This document shows, piece after piece, positions 39,113 to 46,700 of a stretch of DNA of 64,000 bases. Positions within the stretch are counted from its first letter, which is position 1. Every line of letters starts with the position of its first letter. The DNA lies in the NCBI GenBank assembly GCA_937873795.1, contig CALMWE010000268.1, forward strand, positions 32 to 64,031. The letters are read 5' to 3'. Under the pieces are notes generated by a model. It did no database searches. It had not been told where the DNA came from and saw only the letters and a program-made list of their open reading frames with translations. The DNA comes from an uncultured Bacillales bacterium. GTDB taxonomy: Bacteria; Bacillota_I; Bacilli_A; RFN20; CAG-826. A program made the position numbers and the translations under genes.

Positions 39113-39949
39113 ATGAAAATGACTGTCCGTTACGCGAATCACCCCGAGGATTCCAAATCTTACGATACCCAAAAGCTTCGGGACCAATACTTATTTGAAC
39201 CGGTATTCGTCGAAGATGAGATTAACCTTGTTTACTCCCATCAAGACCGGATCATCGCCGGTGGTGCCAAACCCGTCAAAGAGGAACTTGCCCTTGAAGG
39301 CGCAGACACGCTTCGCGCGGCTCACTTCTTGGAACGCCGTGAAATGGGCGTCATCAACATCGGGGGTCCCGGTTATGTCCTCATCGATGGCAAACGCTTC
39401 GAAATGAACCATTATGACGGCCTCTATGTCGGCATGGGAACCAAAGACGTCGTGTTCGGTTCCAAAAATGTGAAAGAACCGGCTAAATTCTATTTGGCCA
39501 GTGCGCCCGCACACCATACATATGCGACCGTCGAGATTCCCTTAAGCAAAGCCAACAAAGTCAAATTAGGCGATCCTGCCACCTTAAATTCGCGCACGAT
39601 CAACCAATACGTCCACCCCAATGTCTGCGCTTCTTGCCAATTGTCGATGGGTTTGACCATTTTGAATCCCGGCAATGTCTGGAATACGATGCCGTGCCAC
39701 ACGCACGAACGTCGCATGGAAGTTTATTTCTACTTCGGAATGGATAAAGATACCCTTGTGTTCCATTTGATGGGCACACCGAACGAAACCCGTCACATCG
39801 TCGTCCGCAATGAACAAGCGGTCATCTCTCCGGCTTGGTCGATTCACGCCGGCATGGGAACTGCGGCCTATACCTTCATTTGGGCAATGTGTGGCGAAAA
39901 CCAAGTCTTTACTGATATGGATGAGGTCCCCATGGGAGACCTGAAATAG
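39113..39949 (+). CDS. kduI: 5-dehydro-4-deoxy-D-glucuronate isomerase
   Basis: 278 aa. Near-colinear with E. coli KduI from memory (FLERREMGVINIGG, NTMPCHTHERRMEVYFYF, YTFIWAMCGENQVF). Confidence 0.95.
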   Translation: MKMTVRYANHPEDSKSYDTQKLRDQYLFEPVFVEDEINLVYSHQDRIIAGGAKPVKEELALEGADTLRAAHFLERREMGVINIGGPGYVLIDGKRFEMNHYDGLYVGMGTKDVVFGSKNVKEPAKFYLASAPAHHTYATVEIPLSKANKVKLGDPATLNSRTINQYVHPNVCASCQLSMGLTILNPGNVWNTMPCHTHERRMEVYFYFGMDKDTLVFHLMGTPNETRHIVVRNEQAVISPAWSIHAGMGTAAYTFIWAMCGENQVFTDMDEVPMGDLK

Positions 39950-39957
39950 GAGGAATT

Positions 39958-40728
39958 ATGATTTTAGAAGGATTCAAACTCGATAAGAAAGTCGCGATTG
40001 TCACAGGCTCTTCGACCGGTTTAGGTCAAGGAATGGCCACTGCGCTTGCCGAGGCCGGCGCGGATATCGTCGGTGTCGATTATGTCGCCGACCAAAAAGA
40101 TACCGCCGCCCGCATTCAAGCCACCGGCAGAAAATTCATGCCCTATCAAATGGATTTGATTCATGCCAGTGTCGAAAGCTTATCCAAACTGGTCGCCGAT
40201 GTCGTCAAAGAATTCGGACATGTCGATATTTTGATCAATAACGCCGGCATTATCCGCCGCAACGATGCCGACAAATTCACCGAAGCCGAATGGGACGATG
40301 TCATGGACATCAACCTGAAGCATCTCTTCTTCTTAACGCAAGCGGTGGGACGTCAATTCATCGCCCAAGGTAAGGGTGGAAAGATTGTCAGTGTCGCTTC
40401 GATGCTTTCCTACCAAGGAGGCATCCGCACGATTTCTTATACGGCCTCGAAGTCAGGTGTCAAAGGCATTACGATGACACTGGCCAACGAATGGGCGAAA
40501 TACGGCATCAACGTCAACGCCATCGCGCCGGGCTATATGGCCACCAACAATACCAAAGCGCTTCGCGAAGATGAAGTCCGTGCCGGACAAATCCTCGAAC
40601 GCATTCCTGCCGCCCGATGGGGAACGCCTGCCGATGTGGCGGGTGCCGCTGTGTTCCTTTGCTCCGATAACGCTTCCTACATCAACGGCTTCACACTCGC
40701 CGTCGATGGTGGCTGGCTGGCTCGCTAA
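39958..40728 (+). CDS. kduD: 2-dehydro-3-deoxy-D-gluconate 5-dehydrogenase (SDR)
   Basis: 256 aa. VTGSSTGLGQG, YTASKSGV and a C-terminal AVDGGWLAR identical to the KduD pattern. Confidence 0.95.
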   Translation: MILEGFKLDKKVAIVTGSSTGLGQGMATALAEAGADIVGVDYVADQKDTAARIQATGRKFMPYQMDLIHASVESLSKLVADVVKEFGHVDILINNAGIIRRNDADKFTEAEWDDVMDINLKHLFFLTQAVGRQFIAQGKGGKIVSVASMLSYQGGIRTISYTASKSGVKGITMTLANEWAKYGINVNAIAPGYMATNNTKALREDEVRAGQILERIPAARWGTPADVAGAAVFLCSDNASYINGFTLAVDGGWLAR

Positions 40729-40746
40729 ACTTTCCACTTTCTTCAT

Positions 40747-40777
40747 AAAACCGCCGCTAAACGCGACGGTTTTTTTC
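40747..40777 (+). terminator. rho-independent terminator after kduD
   Basis: AAACCGCCGC...GCGACGGTTTTTTT. Confidence 0.7.
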
Positions 40778-40873
40778 TTTTTCTTTCGGACACGCGTATA
40801 AAAACGGGTTTTAAAGGGCAAAAAAGACTTATGCTAGGATACTTTTAGAGGGATTCCTCACAAGGAGACACTT

Positions 40874-41335
40874 ATGAATAAAATTGCGGAAAACTGGAAG
40901 CTCCTTTTTGCAGATAAGAAACGGTTTATTGTCGAAATCGTCAAAGTCGGTATTGGATTTCTTTTCATGATTAACCTTTCGATTCCGTTTTTCCGTTTGA
41001 CCGGGGGAACATTGGCGCAAAGTTTCGCCATTGATGATTATCTCGGTCTTTGGGCCCTTGTCATTGTCTTCTTCTTGGCTTGGGTGGCCTACCCGGTCTT
41101 ACTTCTTATGGGCATGAATAAAATCGCTTGGTTCGTTTATATCGGCCAAGGCGGCGTCGGTGCCTTAATGTTCCTCATCCTTTTATTGACCTTCTTTAAC
41201 GTGAATACCCAAATCAACGTCCATTTGAGTTTCGGATTCTTTATGTTCATCATTCTGGTGGGCTTGTTATTCGTGATTGCGTTCTTGGAAAAACCGCTGC
41301 TGGCAATGATTGAAAAATCTGTCGGAAAAAAGTAA
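40874..41335 (+). CDS. hypothetical membrane protein (about 4 TM)
   Basis: AAGGAGA RBS. 153 aa, hydrophobic, with no recognisable motif. Confidence 0.5.
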   Translation: MNKIAENWKLLFADKKRFIVEIVKVGIGFLFMINLSIPFFRLTGGTLAQSFAIDDYLGLWALVIVFFLAWVAYPVLLLMGMNKIAWFVYIGQGGVGALMFLILLLTFFNVNTQINVHLSFGFFMFIILVGLLFVIAFLEKPLLAMIEKSVGKK

Positions 41336-41349
41336 AAAAGCCAAAAAAG

Positions 41350-41379
41350 AAAACTATGCATCGCGCATAGTTTTTTTTA
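41350..41379. terminator. bidirectional terminator (hypothetical gene on the plus strand, tRNA pair on the minus strand)
   Basis: AACTATGC-ATCGC-GCATAGTT stem flanked by an A-run and T8. Confidence 0.75.
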
Positions 41380-41383
41380 TGTC

Positions 41384-41457
41384 TGGAGCAGGTGACGGGA
41401 ATCGAACCCGCATAATCAGCTTGGAAGGCTGATGTTCTACCACTGAACTACACCTGC
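41384..41457 (-). tRNA. tRNA-Gly (anticodon UCC)
   Basis: Reverse complement GCAGGTG...CACCTGCTCCA. Anticodon arm TCAGC-CTTCCAA-GCTGA. T-loop GGTTCGATTCC. Confidence 0.9.
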
Positions 41458-41460
41458 GAA

Positions 41461-41536
41461 TGGCGGATCAGACGGGAATCGAACCCGCGGTCTCCTCCGT
41501 GACAGGGAGGCATGTTAACCGCTACACCACTGATCC
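41461..41536 (-). tRNA. tRNA-Asp (anticodon GUC)
   Basis: Reverse complement GGATCAG...CTGATCCGCCA. Anticodon arm CCTCC-CTGTCAC-GGAGG. Confidence 0.9.
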
Positions 41537-41615
41537 TTCTCCGCTATGAAATAGCGAAATAAATGATAACATACTAAAAAATTTAGTCAATGAGTTAGAG
41601 GCTAAAAGAAACAAC

Positions 41616-41930
41616 TTAAGCTTTTTCGATGAAGCGGGTGAGGGGGCTTAAGGGCAAATACCCGACATTGCGGGCTTTTTCTTGGCCTTCGCCAAAGACA
41701 ATCAAGGTCGGAATCGAGTAGACGCCGTAGCGGCTCGAAATCTCGTCCAAAATGTCCACGTCGACTTTTGCAATCGGGGTGGCATCGCCATGTTCGGCCA
41801 AATACGATTCAAGCACCGGACCTTGCATGCGGCAGGGACCGCACCAGGTGGCAAAAAAATCGACCAAAACTTTTTTCTGTTTGATGAAGGCGTCGAATTC
41901 TTCAACGGTTTCGATGTGTTTAACTTCCAT
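41616..41930 (-). CDS. trxA: thioredoxin
   Basis: The ATG at 41930 follows AAAGGAGA. WCGPC active site. About 104 aa. Confidence 0.92.
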   Translation of the reverse strand: MEVKHIETVEEFDAFIKQKKVLVDFFATWCGPCRMQGPVLESYLAEHGDATPIAKVDVDILDEISSRYGVYSIPTLIVFGEGQEKARNVGYLPLSPLTRFIEKA

Positions 41931-41950
41931 AATTGTTTCTCCTTTGTGAG

Positions 41951-42793
41951 TTAAATCAAGATATAGCTGAGTAAATTCAGCAGGATGATGTGGAACGGAT
42001 AGTAAGCATAAGTTCCGAAACGGAACCACTTGGAATCATAACCGCGTTTTCCGCTATAGAAGAGCAGGATGATCCCGGTGAGGGCCGATAAGCTTTGGAA
42101 CGTGATGAAAACAGTGTCCCAAGACGAATCAATCCTGAAAATAATATACCAAAGGATGTTCGTCGTGAGTAGCGATATGCTTGCAGCCGCGTTCGCATTC
42201 GATCGATATTGGCGGGTTAAGGCATACCCTTCAAAATCAATCCCATATTTTCCGCAGGCAGCTTTGCTGGCGGCTTCATTGATGAGGTAAGCAACGTAAT
42301 AAAACACGCCCATGGTCAACCCATATAAACCGTATTGCGGCGAAGTGAAGGGCGACACCACCGAGAAATTGAGTTTGAAATCCAAGAAAATATAAAGCGC
42401 CGGCACAATGGCCAACAGTTTTAAGTATTCTTTTTGTCTTAATAACCAGACCACCAAGGCAATCGCCAAAAGGTCCACGAAAATATTGCCCGTAATCATC
42501 GGTTCCCCGCCGATGAGTTGCCCGATCCAAAGCGCCAGCCCGATAAAAATACCGGAAATCGCTAAGCGGGCAAAATAGCGGAGCGGATGTTTCGTATGGA
42601 TGACGCCTTCGACGACCATGAACACGAAGAGCGGAAAAGCCGCACGGCCGATAATCCGGCTCACCAAATAGAGGCTGGTATTGGCCAAACCGACATTATG
42701 CAAAACGATGGCCCCGATATGATCGATGGTCATGGTGGCTAGCGCAATGATTTTAAGGACAAACGACGAAAACGGATATTTTTTGTTTTTCAT
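41951..42793 (-). CDS. TraX family membrane protein
   Basis: 280 aa, polytopic. LKIIALATMTIDHIGAIV is the TraX-family N-terminal signature. Confidence 0.7.
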   Translation of the reverse strand: MKNKKYPFSSFVLKIIALATMTIDHIGAIVLHNVGLANTSLYLVSRIIGRAAFPLFVFMVVEGVIHTKHPLRYFARLAISGIFIGLALWIGQLIGGEPMITGNIFVDLLAIALVVWLLRQKEYLKLLAIVPALYIFLDFKLNFSVVSPFTSPQYGLYGLTMGVFYYVAYLINEAASKAACGKYGIDFEGYALTRQYRSNANAAASISLLTTNILWYIIFRIDSSWDTVFITFQSLSALTGIILLFYSGKRGYDSKWFRFGTYAYYPFHIILLNLLSYILI

Positions 42794-42796
42794 AAA

Positions 42797-43663
42797 CTAA
42801 AGAATTTTGGTGAGTGCGCCGGTCGAGAAAAGATAGGTTGAGAGATAGGAAACCAAGTTGTTGGTGACGTGCGCATAAATGGAAGTCGAAAGGTCTTCTT
42901 TATCGTAGGCATAACAAAGGATTGCGCCCGCCGACATGTAGTAGGGGAGGTTGAGCAATTCATTGGTCCAGTTCGTCGTTTGGAAATCAAAGTGGATTAA
43001 TCCGAAAAGCAAGATAACGACGATGTAAGCGGCAATTTTGCTGTAGCGGCGGATCCCGGAGAATAAACCCAAACGATAAGTCAACTCTTCGCAGACCGGC
43101 CCGAGAATGACAAACGCCACAAACGACATCAACGGATAGGCTTTCATCATGGCGACGACCGCGGATTCGTTCGCGTTATCCGTGGGAGCGATGCGTAATA
43201 ATTGGTAAATCAAACCGATCACCGTTCCGGCGATGATGACGCCGACGCCGTACGAGACACCTAAAACCAAAGGCCGCCATCTCTTAAATTGTTTGAGCAA
43301 AGGCTTCACGATCGGAAAAACGATCGCCAACAAGCATCCGAAAAGAGCGGTATAAGCAAAGAAATTGATGTACATCGAGATTTGCAGCGAATGCATCGCC
43401 AAAGTGACTTCGGCGGGATCGCTGTATTTCCAAGAAAGGATCAGTTGGATAATGAGCGAAATGATGGTGGCTAAGATATCCAAGCCGAGCCATCCGGACA
43501 CAAACGCCAAAATCTGCCGTCCTAACGGAAGGTCGGTTCTGTTTTTCTTTTCATTTATTTGGCCAGTCGTCGAAAAGTCATTCTTTTCGTGACACGTGGG
43601 ACATTCGGGCAAAGTTTCATCATAATATGACCCACATTTGGGACAATTTCTGGTTTTAATCAT
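42797..43663 (-). CDS. CPBP (CAAX/Abi) family intramembrane metalloprotease with N-terminal zinc ribbon
   Basis: NCPKCGSYYDETLPECPTCH, then TM helices carrying the CPBP motifs EELTYR, FGLIHF and HVTNN. Confidence 0.8.
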   Translation of the reverse strand: MIKTRNCPKCGSYYDETLPECPTCHEKNDFSTTGQINEKKNRTDLPLGRQILAFVSGWLGLDILATIISLIIQLILSWKYSDPAEVTLAMHSLQISMYINFFAYTALFGCLLAIVFPIVKPLLKQFKRWRPLVLGVSYGVGVIIAGTVIGLIYQLLRIAPTDNANESAVVAMMKAYPLMSFVAFVILGPVCEELTYRLGLFSGIRRYSKIAAYIVVILLFGLIHFDFQTTNWTNELLNLPYYMSAGAILCYAYDKEDLSTSIYAHVTNNLVSYLSTYLFSTGALTKIL

Positions 43664-43783
43664 AAAGTACCTCTAAGTTTGTTTATATTTGTAATCATAG
43701 CATAGCAATCGCGAAAAGTATCCCCTACTCACGCCCGCGATATCGTGTGTATAATGAAAATATAAAATGGAGATGGTATTTTT

Positions 43784-46700
43784 ATGAACATTGCTTCACT
43801 CAGTACCGCTATTCTCACGAATCTTCCGATTGCGCCCGATCAAGTCCAATTGTATTTCACATTGGGCTTTTTCGTCATCGTCCTATTCCTTGTCCTCGGT
43901 TTCCTCATCGGCCTATGGCGAGGGATTTGGAATGCCAGCTTCCGATTAATCTTTGTCGGTGGCTTGGTCATTGTCGCGTTCCTCTTCACGCGCAACATCG
44001 CTGATGCCCTCAGCAACATCGATATCAAAGCGTTCCTCGCGAACTTTGGTGTCAACCTCACGACCATCGATGTGCCTCTGGGTGAAGATACGATCGTTGT
44101 GGAAGTGACCAGCGCCCGCGAAATGGTCCTCTCCTTAATCTCCCAAGCCTACGAAGCCTTTGGCCTTGGATCGGCCGATTCCGCTGCCGCCTCGGAACTC
44201 ATCCTGGCGTTGGCGTTGGTCTTTATCCGTTACATCATCTTCATTGTCGAAGCACTCCTCATCGTCTTCGTCATTGATCCGCTGAGCGGTCTGCTTTACC
44301 ACCTCATCTTTAAATGGTTCATTCCCAAACCCGTTCGCAAACACATGAAAAAACGCCTGATCGGCGGTTTCGAAAACATGGTCAAGGTGGGCTTAGTCAC
44401 CACCATGATGATGATTCCGTTTACTTCATTGCTTAATACCATCAACCAAGCCGTTCGCGATCGCGATACCGTTCGTGTAGAAGGTAATAGCGAAACTTAC
44501 GACACGATGATGTCGTTCTTGGATGCTTATAATAACTCTGCTTTCGCTCAAATCTTATTTAACTGGTCTGTCAACGAAGACGGCAAAACGCTGGACGTGG
44601 TGCTGATGGACTTTGTCACGCAAGAAAACATGGATGATGCTACCTTGGCGTTATCTACGGAAATGTATACCGTCGCTCAAATCGGGACCACCCTGATTTC
44701 TTCGGGCATCATCGAAGATGCCCAAGTTGCTCTATCGACTCAAATCTTAACCAATGAAGACCTCGTTTCTTCCTTGTTCTTAAGCTTAGCCAACTCCGCC
44801 TTGATCGTGAAAGCCATCCCGATCGCGTTAGCGGTCGCGATGAACATGCCTGAGGTCCAAGAATACGTGGATCCCACGCTCTTAGATTTCGATGGCGTCG
44901 ATTGGCGCGAAGAACTCCTCAATTTGAGCACGATCACCAATCAAGTCGTGGCCTCGGGTGTCGTCACCTCGATTTTGAATGCCGGCGATGATCCCAACGC
45001 CGTGCCGGTCGCGGCCCTCCGTTCGTTGACCGCAGCAACGGCCCATGACGATGTCAAAGCGGCTTTAACCGCGATTGACGATTCCGAATTCTTATCGCAA
45101 GTCATCCCTGCCGTTCTCTACACCATGGTTCAAAGCGAAATCGCCACGCCGCTCCCTGAAGGAAGTCTCGGCCTTTCGACGTTCCTCCCGACCGACTGGG
45201 CAGACTATGAAGACTTCCACTTCGGTGAAGAACTTGGACTTGTTTACGATACTTTCTACAACCTCATGAATGTCACGCCGGACTTTACCGACATGGTCAT
45301 TGATACGCTCTTCACGCAAACGGAAGAACCCAGCCCTGCCATCCGAACCACCAAAAATGCGCAATCCAACTCGGATCCGTATTCCTATGGCGGCGGTGGC
45401 TTGGTCCGTGATCCTTCCTATATCTTAGGCGTCTGGACCAAAGATGACCTGATTGCCGAAATCCGTGATAACATCGATCCCATCCTTGCTTTGATCGTCG
45501 GTGCTACCGATGATGACGGCGATCCGCTCAACGTGGATGCCGAAGGCAAAACCGACTTGACCGTCGCGGGAGCCAAACCCTGCATCCTCGACTCGGATTT
45601 ATTGATGTCAGGCATGCGCGGAATCCTTGATTATGGCTTGACTCAATTAGGCAGCATGGACGCCCTGACTTCCATGGGCTTTGCCCTTGATGAAACTAAA
45701 AAAGATGAAGTCTTGACCGACCTCGAAGGCGCGACCTCGGGTGAACGCCGTGTCAACTTCAAACGCGAATACGGCTCAGTCTTAGGCATCGTCGGTGCCT
45801 TGATCGGCAACGATAAACTCGTCGAAGCCTTAGGACTTACCTCCTCCGAAAGTTCATCCTCGGAGCAAAGTTCCGCAGCCGTCCAAGCGGACAACCCTGA
45901 AACCGAACCTGGTGCCAAAACACCGTTACGTTCCTCCGTCGATTCTTCCAGTTCCAGCTCTTCCGAAGATAACGCCGTCTTAGACCTCTTCCAAGATGAA
46001 GAAGTCCGCGAATACATCAAAGATGAAGTGTGCCCGCGTCTGGATAATTCCCACTTGATGGGATTCCTCTTGCCAGATATCCTTGAGGCCGTTGTCGGCG
46101 GTACGGACTTTACCGAAATCCGCGACTTCATCGGACTCGATGTCACCGATTTGAACTTTGATCTCGATTCGATCGGTACCGAAATGGGCGTGTTCATTGA
46201 TTTGATGGGTTATGCCCTCAACGTCATGGATGCGGACATGAACGATATCGAAACGTTCATCGGCGAACACGCCGGCGATATCACCGGAATTCTCGATTGC
46301 ATCTATCAATCCAACATCTTCAACCCGAAAGATGCGTTGGGCAATTTCGAAAGCGAAAACTATTACACCATCCTTGAAACCATCTTCACCGGAAGCGGCG
46401 ACTTTGGTTTTGATCCCGATGAAGTCTCCGCTGCCGTCCGCAGCGTGGATGAAACCGGATGGGCGACCACCTATGACGAAGAAGGCAATGTTGTCCAATA
46501 TGGCGAAAACTATTACATGATCCACACGATTTCCACCGTGTTTGACGAAGGCTTGTTCGATTTGATGGGCGAAACCAATATTTTGACCGCTCTCAACTCG
46601 CCCGAATACGATGGTGCTATTACCGCCGTCTTCTCTTCGATTGAAGATTCCGAAGTCATGTCCAGCTGTTTCGGAGGCCTCTTGGATAACCTCTTCAGTG

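Noticed and set aside
45839-45970. Ser-rich tract in the giant gene as a slipped-strand phase-variation repeat
   Set aside because: The serines are encoded by a mixture of tcc, agt, tca, tcg, agc and tct codons. There is no perfect tandem nucleotide unit, so it is protein-level low complexity, not a DNA microsatellite.
45643-46525. Long antisense ORFs (184 aa and 181 aa) inside the giant gene. Similar ones occur at 46513-46899, 47605-47973 and 48827-49399.
   Set aside because: They lie entirely within, and opposite to, a continuous 1,962-aa ORF that has a RBS, promoter and terminator. Their translations are low-complexity (S/P/R/G-rich) mirror images of an acidic coding strand. They have no RBS.
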